Notes under the pieces: generated by a model
Database searches by the model: none
Seen by the model: the letters and a program-made list of their open reading frames with translations, nothing else
What the model was told of the DNA's origin: nothing
Assembly: GCA_963664705.1 (NCBI GenBank)
Contig: OY761556.1
Coordinates: 6,272,001-6,336,000 of the forward strand
DNA length: 64,000 nt
Direction: 5' to 3'
Source: Acidobacteriota bacterium
GTDB taxonomy: Bacteria; Acidobacteriota; UBA6911
Position numbers and translations under genes: made by a program
Shown: piece after piece, positions 46,536 through 56,542 of the stretch
How the letters are laid out: every line of letters starts with the position of its first letter
Numbering within the stretch: position 1 is the stretch's first letter

Positions 46536-48821
46536 ATGCCCAATAATCCACCAGAACTCGAAGCCTTTCGTCTCGCATGCTGGAACCAGGTCGAACGTTT
46601 TCCTCTCTTAGTGCCTCCGAATGAGCAAATCGAAGCAGTGTCAAAGGATCCCAGAACGCTCCGTGCTCAAGTGGCGCGATTACAGAGCTTCCTTCAAGAA
46701 TCAGCGAGCGAGCTGTTATACAAAACAACGTCATCCATTCAAGCCTTCATGCAACAGCGCATCCCTGGATTTGGCCTTAATGTTGGCTTAGTCTCTACAA
46801 TGCAGATGGCCGGCCCAGCCGTATCAGACCGAGGAATACCTGTATATCAATTCCTTATTGGTGCGGACGATATGTGGAACGCATACTTATCACACAAGTG
46901 TGATGGTGCTGTTCCGTTGGATAGGATTAAGGGCAAACTCGCCGACGGGGTTGCATTGCCCCAACGCCTATTTGGACACAGAAACGCGACAGGAGCGCTC
47001 TTGTCGCCAAACCCACCAGCGGAAATAGATCCCCAAAGACGTGTGGCTATTCCGTATGAACACTCAGCCGGAGGTATCGCCGGCACGGGAAATAAGTTCG
47101 TGTCCTCCTATCCTTGGGCACTTGTATCACCTCTTTCCTTTCCAATGCTATACGCATTAATCCCACGTAATAACACCCCGCTTGGGTTTCTGCAGATGCA
47201 CATCGAACTCCCCGGCATTCCTGATTCGGACAAGTACGCAGGTCACGAACAGGCATGGCTTCGCATCTACAATCCATCAGCCGCTTGGGCTATAGACATG
47301 GCTGCTTTCTTGGCCGCCTTCTGCAATATTCTCTTGGCGCCGGTGCTTGACAGAACAATTTTGCTTCGTGACCACGCAATGCACTCAATCGAAACACGAT
47401 TTTGTTTTCCAGATGACTTTCGAGAAGCCGTCCACCTTCGGGACGAAGATGTACCATGGAATCCCGATACGTACGGTGGTTCAAAATGGGTTCAACAGAT
47501 CGCCCATCTGCACAGTCTCTGGCGAGAACCGACCTTTCCGCCCGCCGAATTGGCCAAGAACCTGATTGACCTTTTCTGGTCGGAGGATACATGGCGTGGC
47601 CTTCCTCCCTTTGACAAACGCAGTGAAGCCGAAAAACTCCTCTTTTGGAGTGAGAAATACAGGGACCACCTCGTACACATTTTGAAAGTATTTCTCATTG
47701 GGGAGAGAATTATTCGAGAGATACACCATGGCAGCGTCTATGCGCGCTCTGTAATTGATAATACTCAACTCTGCGACGACGTGACAACACCGCTCGAAGC
47801 TTTTGAGTTTCAATGGATGCTTGCAGCGACAGTACACGACTATTCACTGCCGTATGAACTTCTTCCAGGTCTGCAAAAATCGTACTGGCGCGAATTCGTG
47901 ATTCCGGGAGACTCTAACGGGGACACTGAAGAGGATCCTGCAACACGCGATCTGGAGGCGATGCAGTTTGGTCTCACGCTTGCCGATAGAGTTCTCCGAC
48001 AGCATCTGGTTGTTAGCCTCTGGCAGTTGCTGCATTCAGAGGTAACGCCGCAAGGGCAGGAGTCATATCCTGCATATTGCCACCTTCATACATTGGGAAA
48101 GTCCGGAAAGAATATTGGCTATCCCAGGTTCTTGAGTTACTTTCTGGAGAATGGCGATCATGGCATTGCGAGTGCACTTTGGTTTTTACATCTCACAATG
48201 CTTGATAAAAAGGATGACGGCACGATTATCGGGCTTCATTCGCCAAACGGGCAAGAAACAGAAGCACGTTGCAGACAGTCAATCGCAGTTGCCAGGGCGT
48301 GCTATTTCCATAACCTTGCGACAAAGCGAGTTAAGAATGATGACAACGGGGCTGGCGAACCGATATTTGCGGGCAACCTCTTTGGCCCATTCGAAAAGGA
48401 TCCTTTGGCCTATCTTCTTCTTCTTTGCGATTTTCTCCAGGATGAAGGTCGAGACGAGAGTACCGCGCAACAATCGGATTCCACAAACGGATGGGGTAAG
48501 CGTCCATTTGGTCACGTAACGAAGGTCGAATGGTGCGACGGCTTTCTAGAAATTTATGTCGAATACGTATGGGTTCAGCGTGCGAAAAACGGGAAACCTC
48601 CTAAGAGGGTAATTTTCGGCGAGGACGGCTGCCAGAAGAAGGAAGGTGTGAAGTGCCATCGTCGTCAACAGACCGAATCGAAGAAACCAAATTGCTGGTT
48701 TCATGACTGCAAGGAGCGTGCCGAAATTGCCAAGGCTTTCGACCTTCTTGCTGCACGTCTTGCCGGCTTGCCTGTCAAAATTTACCTTGCCCATGAGAAG
48801 AAAGGGGCAATTGAACTGTGA
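46536..48821 (+). CDS. 761-aa uncharacterised protein with HD-superfamily-like domain
   Basis: YRDHLVH, WMLAATVHD, DHGIASA, FHN, LLLCDFLQDEGR; unassigned N-terminal ~350 aa; Cys/His-rich tail. Confidence 0.65.
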   Translation: MPNNPPELEAFRLACWNQVERFPLLVPPNEQIEAVSKDPRTLRAQVARLQSFLQESASELLYKTTSSIQAFMQQRIPGFGLNVGLVSTMQMAGPAVSDRGIPVYQFLIGADDMWNAYLSHKCDGAVPLDRIKGKLADGVALPQRLFGHRNATGALLSPNPPAEIDPQRRVAIPYEHSAGGIAGTGNKFVSSYPWALVSPLSFPMLYALIPRNNTPLGFLQMHIELPGIPDSDKYAGHEQAWLRIYNPSAAWAIDMAAFLAAFCNILLAPVLDRTILLRDHAMHSIETRFCFPDDFREAVHLRDEDVPWNPDTYGGSKWVQQIAHLHSLWREPTFPPAELAKNLIDLFWSEDTWRGLPPFDKRSEAEKLLFWSEKYRDHLVHILKVFLIGERIIREIHHGSVYARSVIDNTQLCDDVTTPLEAFEFQWMLAATVHDYSLPYELLPGLQKSYWREFVIPGDSNGDTEEDPATRDLEAMQFGLTLADRVLRQHLVVSLWQLLHSEVTPQGQESYPAYCHLHTLGKSGKNIGYPRFLSYFLENGDHGIASALWFLHLTMLDKKDDGTIIGLHSPNGQETEARCRQSIAVARACYFHNLATKRVKNDDNGAGEPIFAGNLFGPFEKDPLAYLLLLCDFLQDEGRDESTAQQSDSTNGWGKRPFGHVTKVEWCDGFLEIYVEYVWVQRAKNGKPPKRVIFGEDGCQKKEGVKCHRRQQTESKKPNCWFHDCKERAEIAKAFDLLAARLAGLPVKIYLAHEKKGAIEL

Positions 48822-50251
48822 GTAATGCTGAAATGAGAGGAATTGCGCTTGTTGAACCATCGAGTGGCCTCGGCGGCTGCTATACCTTCGCTGGCCACAA
48901 TGAATTTGAGCCACTGGGTCTTGAATATGTTGCGGCTTCTTTAAGAGCGGCAGGTCGCAAAGTATCAATACTCCGCCAAGGGACTGATAGTCCAGAGGAG
49001 ATCGCGTCGAAATTGCTAAACCTGAACCCTAGCGCGATTGGGCTATCAGTAATGACACACGCCGCAGAGTCGGCGTTTTCCATTGCTGCAATGATTAAGC
49101 AAAGCGACTCCACGATCCCTATAATTGCGGGTGGCTATCATCCTTCAGGAGACTCGGAATTTGCTCTGTTAACAGGTATTGACTACGTCGTTGCCGGCGA
49201 AGGAGAGCAGACTTTTAGGCACCTCCTCGATACTCTGGACGCATCAAGAGACCCAAGCTCCGTTCCTGGTCTGCGATTCTCGCGTGCCGGAGCAATTGTT
49301 GATACCGGATCCGCACCTCGCATCGCGGACCTTGATAAGATCCCCTTCCCCGTGCGATCAGAGGAGGTCCTCACAAATGCACGAATGCACGGCCTCATGT
49401 CTCCGCCTCCGAGTCAGCAACGAGCAGTCGCCGTCGTCTTGGGGAGTCGTGGATGCCCCCATGCCTGCACGTTCTGCTGTAGTCCCTCATTATGGGGAAG
49501 GCAAGTATACTTCCGCTCGGCACCGAATGTACTTGCAGAGATAGACGACCTTGTCCAACGGTTCCAAACAAATGCACTTTTCTTTTCTGACCTAACATTC
49601 AACGTAAACAATCGGCACCTTCAGAACCTCTGTAACCATCTGGCAGCCTATAAGGCTATGCCGCGTTGGTATTCAATGTGTACGACAACAGGCCTGGATA
49701 TTGAGACATTGCGGATTATGTGCGCCGGCGGTTGCAGCAAGATAGGATTCGGCGTTGAGTCGCTGTCGGAAGATTCTCTGCATAACATCGGTAAAGGCAA
49801 AATGTCTATCAACGGCGAACTGGAGGCAACATTAGCCGCTTGCGATTCGCTAGGCATTCTTACAAAAGGCTACCTGATAATCGGATATCCGTGGGAAACG
49901 GAGTCATCACTAGAACAATTCAAGAAATCTATTTTGTGCTTTCCCATGGATGAAATTCGTATTTCATTTTTTACCCCTTTCCCCGGAAGTATGGCTTTTG
50001 AGCAATATCGTAACAGCTTGATTACTAAGGATTGGTCGAAGTTCAATGCCATTCGGGACATTGTCGTACGTAACGAAAACAACGTGACCCCCGAAAGGTT
50101 GAAGGCGTTCAGACAAGAGGCGTTTCGTGCCTTCTATGGATCTTCTGCCTACCAGGTCCGTGTTCGAGCCAAGATCCAACGTCATCCCGAATTGGGCGCT
50201 TCCTTCGAGGAGTTCTTTGCCTTTCTGAAGGCAGGAGGGGTACTGTCCTAG
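48818..50251 (+). CDS. Cobalamin-binding radical SAM enzyme
   Basis: PLGLEYVAASL, IAGGYHPS, GEGE, SRGCPHACTFC, GFGVES, IIGYPWET, TPFPGS. Confidence 0.92.
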   Translation: MSNAEMRGIALVEPSSGLGGCYTFAGHNEFEPLGLEYVAASLRAAGRKVSILRQGTDSPEEIASKLLNLNPSAIGLSVMTHAAESAFSIAAMIKQSDSTIPIIAGGYHPSGDSEFALLTGIDYVVAGEGEQTFRHLLDTLDASRDPSSVPGLRFSRAGAIVDTGSAPRIADLDKIPFPVRSEEVLTNARMHGLMSPPPSQQRAVAVVLGSRGCPHACTFCCSPSLWGRQVYFRSAPNVLAEIDDLVQRFQTNALFFSDLTFNVNNRHLQNLCNHLAAYKAMPRWYSMCTTTGLDIETLRIMCAGGCSKIGFGVESLSEDSLHNIGKGKMSINGELEATLAACDSLGILTKGYLIIGYPWETESSLEQFKKSILCFPMDEIRISFFTPFPGSMAFEQYRNSLITKDWSKFNAIRDIVVRNENNVTPERLKAFRQEAFRAFYGSSAYQVRVRAKIQRHPELGASFEEFFAFLKAGGVLS

Positions 50252-50276
50252 TCTCCTAATCCTGTGTGGAGGCCAA

Positions 50277-51152
50277 GTGTTACAGGTTTTAGCTAACGGT
50301 TGTGCAGCTGGCGCCCGCATACTCCTTGTTGCGGTCGGTTTCTATTTGATCTTCCGCGTTGCCCGCTTTATTCACCTTGCGCATGCTTTCTTCATCACGG
50401 CCGGCGCATACCTTGCTTATACACTTCATAGGCAGGCCGGTTTGTCCTTTCTGCCTGCAATTTTCTTGGCAGTTGTTGCCTGCGGCGTCCTAGGCGGGGT
50501 CGTCGAGGCTATCATCTACAGACCTTCAAGAAAAACGGCCTCATCGCTGGTCTTGTTATTATTATCTTTGGGCCTGTACATTGCTGGTCAAAACATTGTA
50601 TCGCTTCTCTTTGGGGATGCGCCACTTGTTATCAGGCAATGGGAACCACCCACAACGTACACAATGGGCTCTGTCACGGTCACACTAAGCCAGGTCAGCA
50701 CCATCCTGGTCGCAATTGTCCTTGCATTTTGTCTAGGGGTGTTTATTCAGAAAACACGTACTGGCCGCACGCTTAAGGCGGTTGGCTCTAACATGTCATT
50801 GGCGCAGGTTTCAGGAATCCGTGTGGAGGCCACGGTCCTACTTGCTTTTGTTATCGGTTCTGCTTTTGCTGCAACCGCTGGTATTCTCGCATGCCTTGAA
50901 GTAGATGCTACACCGTCAATGGGGCTGAGCATGTTGATGCTCAGTCTGGTTGCGGTGATTGCCGGTTGGCCGCGAGGTCTCCTTGGTATTTCGGCAGTCT
51001 CGCTGATTTTGGGTGTTCTACAACACATTGTCGCGTATTACTGCGGCTCACAGTGGCAAGATACTATTGCTTTTGCGTTTCTAACAGTGGTGTTTCTTCT
51101 TCGGGGAAGGCGTGAAAGCGCGATCTTCGGGGTTGCAGCGGCAAGCAGGTGA
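50277..51152 (+). CDS. livH: Branched-chain-amino-acid-type ABC permease (LivH-like)
   Basis: AVGFYLIF, HLAH, TRTGRTLKAV..N..LAQVSGI. Confidence 0.8.
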   Translation: MLQVLANGCAAGARILLVAVGFYLIFRVARFIHLAHAFFITAGAYLAYTLHRQAGLSFLPAIFLAVVACGVLGGVVEAIIYRPSRKTASSLVLLLLSLGLYIAGQNIVSLLFGDAPLVIRQWEPPTTYTMGSVTVTLSQVSTILVAIVLAFCLGVFIQKTRTGRTLKAVGSNMSLAQVSGIRVEATVLLAFVIGSAFAATAGILACLEVDATPSMGLSMLMLSLVAVIAGWPRGLLGISAVSLILGVLQHIVAYYCGSQWQDTIAFAFLTVVFLLRGRRESAIFGVAAASR

Positions 51153-51159
51153 AATTCAA

Positions 51160-52047
51160 ATGGATTACATCCTTCATATCGTAGTGTTCATTTTTCTGTA
51201 TTGGGCACTTGCTACGTCTCTCAATCTGGTTGTTGGCTATACTGGTATTCTTTCCATTGGTCACGCTGCATTCTATGGTGTCGGTGCCTATACTGCTGCG
51301 CTTATGTCTCTGCACCTCAAGACTTCGTTTCTGATCAACTTGCTTTGTGCGGCATTGGTGTGTTCCATACTCGGAGTCTTTATTGGCAGGCCTACTCTCA
51401 GATTAAGCAACAATAATTTCGTTGTCGCTTCATTCGCTTTTCAAATCATTACGTTTAACATTCTTAATAACTGGATGCCCGTAACCGGGGGGGCCATTGG
51501 CCTCCCCGGAATTCCTCTTCCATCAATACTTGAACTGACGATTACCTCCCGGTTGGGCTTTGCAGCGCTGTCCGGTATCTTTGCCTTTATTGTATGGTGC
51601 TTTGTGGTATTCCTGGTTCGGTCGCCCATAGGTCGAATCCTACAGGCAACACGCGAAGACGAAGTGTTTGCGGCAGCAATGGGCAAGAATGTTGCCCGGT
51701 ATAAACTACTTGCCTTCGTGATTGGTGCAGTGATTGCCGGCTGTGCTGGCGTTATCTATGCTTATTTTATCAGATACATCGATCCGAGCAGTTTTACACT
51801 GATGGAATCCATCTTCATCCTATCGATGGTGGTCTTAGGCGGAGCCGGCAGCATTTGTGGGCCCATTATAGGAGCAACCATTTTTGTAATAATGCCGGAG
51901 ATCTTGCGGTTTGTGGGGCTGCCCAACGCTGTGGCAGCCAATCTGCGGCAGACACTCTATGGCATCATTCTAGTGACATTTATACTCATCCGTCCACATG
52001 GAATCATGGGGCGATATGGATTTGGAAAGGAGCGCCTGGGTCGATGA
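51160..52047 (+). CDS. livM: ABC permease (LivM-like)
   Basis: LNLVVGYTGILSIGHAAFYGVGAY, SPIGR...ATREDE, VLGG.GS. Confidence 0.85.
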   Translation: MDYILHIVVFIFLYWALATSLNLVVGYTGILSIGHAAFYGVGAYTAALMSLHLKTSFLINLLCAALVCSILGVFIGRPTLRLSNNNFVVASFAFQIITFNILNNWMPVTGGAIGLPGIPLPSILELTITSRLGFAALSGIFAFIVWCFVVFLVRSPIGRILQATREDEVFAAAMGKNVARYKLLAFVIGAVIAGCAGVIYAYFIRYIDPSSFTLMESIFILSMVVLGGAGSICGPIIGATIFVIMPEILRFVGLPNAVAANLRQTLYGIILVTFILIRPHGIMGRYGFGKERLGR

Positions 52048-52799
52048 CGCCTCTCGTTGAGATTACGGCTCTCACCATGCACTTCGATGGTGTCACTGCC
52101 TTGGATGATTTTTCGTGTACTATAGAACAAAGGGAGATCCTCGGCTTGATGGGCCCCAATGGGGCCGGAAAAACTACTCTCCTCAACGTTCTCACTGGCC
52201 TACATACTCCCGACAGAGGAAACGTAACCTTCAAAGGCAAAAATGTCATCGGTCGCCAAGTTCACGAGATCGCACGCCTCGGAGTTGCGCGAACTTTCCA
52301 GAACCTACGCCTCATTCGCCATCTCACGGTTCTGCAGAATGTACTTCTTTGCTTTCAGAATCAACCAGGCGAGCATCTATACGACCTCTTCTTGAAACAC
52401 GGCACCTGTCTTTTACATGAACGGAGAAACCAAGAAAGTGCCAGAACCATTCTGTCGAGAGTCGGACTAGTGCAATCTCAAAATACTCTGGCAGACGACC
52501 TTTCTTATGGCCAACAGAAACTCCTGAGCTTGGCTTGCTGCATCGCCACGGACGCCGAACTTCTGCTGTTGGATGAACCGGTTGCAGGCATCGCCCCAGG
52601 ATTTATAGAAACCATTCTGACCGTCATCCAAGAGTTGTCTAAAGAAGGCAGGTCGGTGCTCGTCGTAGAGCATAACGTTGAGGCTCTGAATCGAATTTGC
52701 CGCCGAGTTATCTTTATGGATGCGGGACGCCAACTCTGCGAAGGAACTCCAACCGAGGTTTTTAACGATCAAAGGATCGTCGAGTCCTATCTCGACTGA
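52044..52799 (+). CDS. livG: ABC ATPase (LivG-like)
   Basis: GPNGAGKTT, ARTFQ, LSYGQQK, LLLLDEP. Confidence 0.88.
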   Translation: MTPLVEITALTMHFDGVTALDDFSCTIEQREILGLMGPNGAGKTTLLNVLTGLHTPDRGNVTFKGKNVIGRQVHEIARLGVARTFQNLRLIRHLTVLQNVLLCFQNQPGEHLYDLFLKHGTCLLHERRNQESARTILSRVGLVQSQNTLADDLSYGQQKLLSLACCIATDAELLLLDEPVAGIAPGFIETILTVIQELSKEGRSVLVVEHNVEALNRICRRVIFMDAGRQLCEGTPTEVFNDQRIVESYLD

Positions 52800-52807
52800 C
52801 AACAATT

Positions 52808-53509
52808 ATGCTCGCAATTAGACAGATGGACTCGGGATACGGCAAAAGGCAGGTGCTTTATGGCCTCTCGCTCAGGATCCAACCGGGCGAGATCGTCGCG
52901 CTAATTGGCCCCAATGGAGCCGGCAAATCAACTGTCCTTAAAGTCATTCACGGCCTGTTACCAGTTTGGGCCGGCGAAGTTTTGTTTGAAGGGATTGGCC
53001 TGGACCGCACCGGCCCCGCTATTCGAGTGGCAAAAGGCATTACTTTTGTGCCACAAGGAAACCGTGTTTTTGGGGATCTCTCCGTCAGGGAGAATTTGGA
53101 GATGGGTGGGGCTCAACTTCCAAAGGAGCTGATCCAAGATCGTATGGAAGAAGCCTTGCAGTTCTTCCCAGCTTTGTGCGATCGCCAACAAACTATTGCC
53201 GGATCCCTTTCAGGCGGAGAACAACAGATGCTTGCTCTCGGTCGTGCCCTTATGACTCGGCCCAAACTCCTGTTGCTGGACGAACCATCCTTAGGTCTAT
53301 CCCCAAATATCAGTTCCCAGGTTTTCGAAAAAATAGCGGACATCAACCGAGAGACAGGCTCCGCTATTTTGATTGTCGAACAGAAAGTTCGTGAAGTTCT
53401 CCTCATTGCGGAACGTATCTACTCTCTAAAGCTCGGGAAGGTCTTCTATGATGGAGGTGCGCAGCCATTGCGGGATGATAATGAACTCCTAAAACGCCTC
53501 TTTCTCTGA
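52808..53509 (+). CDS. livF: ABC ATPase (LivF-like)
   Basis: GPNGAGKST, LSGGEQQML, LLDEPSLGL. Confidence 0.9.
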   Translation: MLAIRQMDSGYGKRQVLYGLSLRIQPGEIVALIGPNGAGKSTVLKVIHGLLPVWAGEVLFEGIGLDRTGPAIRVAKGITFVPQGNRVFGDLSVRENLEMGGAQLPKELIQDRMEEALQFFPALCDRQQTIAGSLSGGEQQMLALGRALMTRPKLLLLDEPSLGLSPNISSQVFEKIADINRETGSAILIVEQKVREVLLIAERIYSLKLGKVFYDGGAQPLRDDNELLKRLFL

Positions 53510-53758
53510 GGGGAGGTAATGCCTGCAGATATGCCTGATGCCGCGTATTGATCCATTCCGGCATGCTTCATAGACATTGTGTCTCCGAACCACCAGCTTT
53601 GATAGGCGGTACTTGAGCCAAGTCCGTTGTCTGTAATTCAACAATCTGACATTTTGTAAAATATCAGCACTAACTCCTTTGTTTACTTGACAGACATCTA
53701 TCATTATTTTACGATATAGCAACTCTGATATCAAAACGTCAAATCAGAAAGGCCCAAA

Positions 53759-54346
53759 ATGAGCAAATTGTTCATGTCAGAACAAGACATCAAAACTCTC
53801 ATGACTCTGGCCAAAAAAGATCCGCGAGATTATGCGCTCTTAAAACTGATGGCCTCCACCGGGCTCCGCGTCAGCGACATTGTGCGCCTTCGTCGAGATC
53901 AGATGATTGACAGCGACGGCCTGGTTGTAAGAGCAGTTCGAATCAAAATGGAAAAAACTGATCGCTGGATCGATCGCTCTCTTCGAGAGGATGCCCGAGA
54001 GGCTGTCCGAGAATATCTTGCTGCCAGGCATGATTTGCATCCCTGGCTATTTATCAGTCAATCCCGCAGAACAAAATTCGTTGTACCGGGTCCCCTAACC
54101 CGATCGGCAACGCACCAGATCGTAAAAAAATATTTGGCAATGATCTATCCGGCCAGCTTAATCCAGGGGACCGCAACGCATGTGCTTCGCCGGTCAGTCG
54201 CCAAGCTGATCAATCGGAAGACCGGCAGGATCGAAACTGCACAGGAGTGGCTAGGGCACACCAGCACGGCGCATACGCGGGCTTATATTGATGCGGAAGA
54301 TTACCGAGAGAAGGCAAACGGCGTGGTTGCAGGGTTGGACATTTAG
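53759..54346 (+). CDS. Minimal tyrosine recombinase (catalytic domain only)
   Basis: TGLRVSD, HVLRRS, LGH, AY catalytic set in 195 aa. Confidence 0.88.
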   Translation: MSKLFMSEQDIKTLMTLAKKDPRDYALLKLMASTGLRVSDIVRLRRDQMIDSDGLVVRAVRIKMEKTDRWIDRSLREDAREAVREYLAARHDLHPWLFISQSRRTKFVVPGPLTRSATHQIVKKYLAMIYPASLIQGTATHVLRRSVAKLINRKTGRIETAQEWLGHTSTAHTRAYIDAEDYREKANGVVAGLDI

Positions 54347-54483
54347 CCTGAATGCTGACTCAGGTCACGTCGTGACAAATAATTCATCCTGTTTGTAACC
54401 ATGCGGCACTTGGGATCTAAAATCCCATCTCGTCCCTCGTTATAACGCCAGTTCTCCAAAGAGTGCCCCAGACCGGAGAATGG

Positions 54484-55209
54484 CTACGGCTGAATAGGGG
54501 CTTTCGTCTTCAGCTGAACTACCATGGTATTCCAGAATTCGCGTGCAACGCGAAAATATTCCCTCAAATCCTGCGGAGTGACGAAGAAATCCTGGCCTGC
54601 GAGCGGCAGACGCGTGGGCAGCTTTTCGGAAAACATTTTGATTTCTTCGCCGCGAATACAGGGGGCGACGAACATGTCGGGGCGTACCAAATAAAGTTTT
54701 GAACTTGCTGCGCCGTCGTCAGCATGTTTCACGGTGTCCGCGACGAGCCGCAGCTCATCTATTTTGGGGAATATCGAAAACTGGCGGCATTCGATTCCCA
54801 ATAGCTCTTTTATCCTCGCGAACGCCTGCTTTATGGTTAAGGGCCGGTTACTGGAGTCTGTCGGCTTGATCAGTTCGTTCGAGCAGAAAGCGATTAGTTG
54901 CTGCTCGAGAAGATGGAAAAGAGTTACAACCATTGAATTCAGGACGATCTGCTGAACCGAGGTCATTGCCTCGAAATAGGCGATGCCTGCATCTTGCGCC
55001 TGCTCGGCCAGATCATCTATGTCAATTTCATCAGTTCCAGGGAGATTGCCAAGGCGATCGTACTCGGATTGGCATGCCGTCTCCGCTTCCTTCCCAATCT
55101 GCTCGAAGGACGGGAGCAATTTCTTAAATATGCCACTCTCGAGTATGTCGAGCTGCCAAAGAAACACCTTGCCAATGTACGAGGCATAGAACTGCGCATT
55201 ATGGATCAT
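54484..55209 (-). CDS. Hypothetical protein, possibly HEPN-like
   Basis: Helical; LFHLLEQQL and ELRLVADTVKH motifs. Confidence 0.55.
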   Translation of the reverse strand: MIHNAQFYASYIGKVFLWQLDILESGIFKKLLPSFEQIGKEAETACQSEYDRLGNLPGTDEIDIDDLAEQAQDAGIAYFEAMTSVQQIVLNSMVVTLFHLLEQQLIAFCSNELIKPTDSSNRPLTIKQAFARIKELLGIECRQFSIFPKIDELRLVADTVKHADDGAASSKLYLVRPDMFVAPCIRGEEIKMFSEKLPTRLPLAGQDFFVTPQDLREYFRVAREFWNTMVVQLKTKAPIQP

Positions 55210-55731
55210 TTTTAGAGTGCAAACCTTTTTGAATTTCTATCCTATATCTGCAAAGCCATTTAAGGCAATGCCCATTACACTATCGTTCGCGGACTGGAGT
55301 GCTGAAGACGCGAATTTCCCTTTCGTGTATAGAGCGGTCTTGATATACAAGAACCTATTTGGGTTTCGTTGGAAACTATTCCAGGCGGCCAACCACAATA
55401 GTTGTCCGGCATACTAATCAATGTCAGCTCCGATGCTGGATTCACTCAACCCATAATCCAATCGTATAATTTTGACCCAAGAACATTCGGGTCCGAATTC
55501 CAGGAGGGGGGGTAGGGTCCGGGGTTGGCCCTCTCGCATTGTATAGGGGGTCCCAATCGCTGGTTCCACCTGGGATAAAAATCTACTCATCCCACCTTTT
55601 GTTGCAAAATGTAACTAAAGATGACTTTCCAAATGAAACGGGTTTTGGCTGCCGCGCTGAGGCTCCACTAAGAGATAAAAGTTTTACAATTCGCCGGCTA
55701 ATTTGCCGGCGAAAGTGTATAGTATCCCACT

Positions 55732-56538
55732 ATGGTGGGTATGCTACATATGCTGGATCTTCCGATAAACGAAAGTGATAAAAAGCGGCTAAGCGAAGAT
55801 GGGTTTCGATGGGGTGCGATTGGCACGCACACCAGCCGGACCATCATGCTCGACGAGCTTGGAGCGGTACTTGCCAAGTGTTCACCCACGGCAATGCGCG
55901 ACGAGTATCTCTTGGCAATACATGAAGACAACTGCCTGGGAAAGCGTACCACAGCAACGCGGAAGCTTTCCAGCCAGCGACTTTCGGAGTTGTACTCACT
56001 CGACTCAAAGGTACCTCTGTTCCGCATCATGCGAAGGTTCTGGTATGCAGACCGCGATGGACAAGCAATTCTTGCGATATTGCTGGCCCTTGCGCGCGAT
56101 CCGTTATTAAGAATCAGCGCCCCTCCCGTGCTCCGGATGCGCCCTGGTGAAGAGCTTTCAAGACAGCAGATTACCGATGCGCTCAGCCGTGCGGTTGGCA
56201 GCCGCCTCAGCGATAGTACGCTCGATAAGGTTGTTAGGAACGCGGCCTCTTCCTGGACACAATCGGGACATCTGAAAGGCAGGGGAAGAAAAATCAGGCA
56301 GAGTGTCACTCCAACGGCCGTAACGACAGCTTACGCCCTCCTGCTGGGCTACCTCATGGGCATGCGCGGCATGGTTCTCTTCGAGTCATTATGGGCTCAG
56401 GTGCTCGACGCCCCTGTGCCCGAACTTATAAATCTCGCAATGGATGCCCGACGGCTAGGATTCCTGGACATGAGCCAATCGGGAGGCGTGATTTCTGTTG
56501 ATTTCTCGCGGCTCCTGGCGCAAGACGAAAGGCGGTAG
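55732..56538 (+). CDS. brxA: BREX BrxA-like protein
   Basis: First gene of the operon before brxB/brxC; GTHTSRTIML, NCLGK.T, SSWTQSGHL; assignment mainly positional. Confidence 0.65.
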   Translation: MVGMLHMLDLPINESDKKRLSEDGFRWGAIGTHTSRTIMLDELGAVLAKCSPTAMRDEYLLAIHEDNCLGKRTTATRKLSSQRLSELYSLDSKVPLFRIMRRFWYADRDGQAILAILLALARDPLLRISAPPVLRMRPGEELSRQQITDALSRAVGSRLSDSTLDKVVRNAASSWTQSGHLKGRGRKIRQSVTPTAVTTAYALLLGYLMGMRGMVLFESLWAQVLDAPVPELINLAMDARRLGFLDMSQSGGVISVDFSRLLAQDERR

Positions 56539-56542
56539 ATCA

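Noticed and set aside
53759-54346. This recombinase as the island's integrase
   Set aside because: It lacks the N-terminal arm- and core-binding domains and lies 9 kb from the att site
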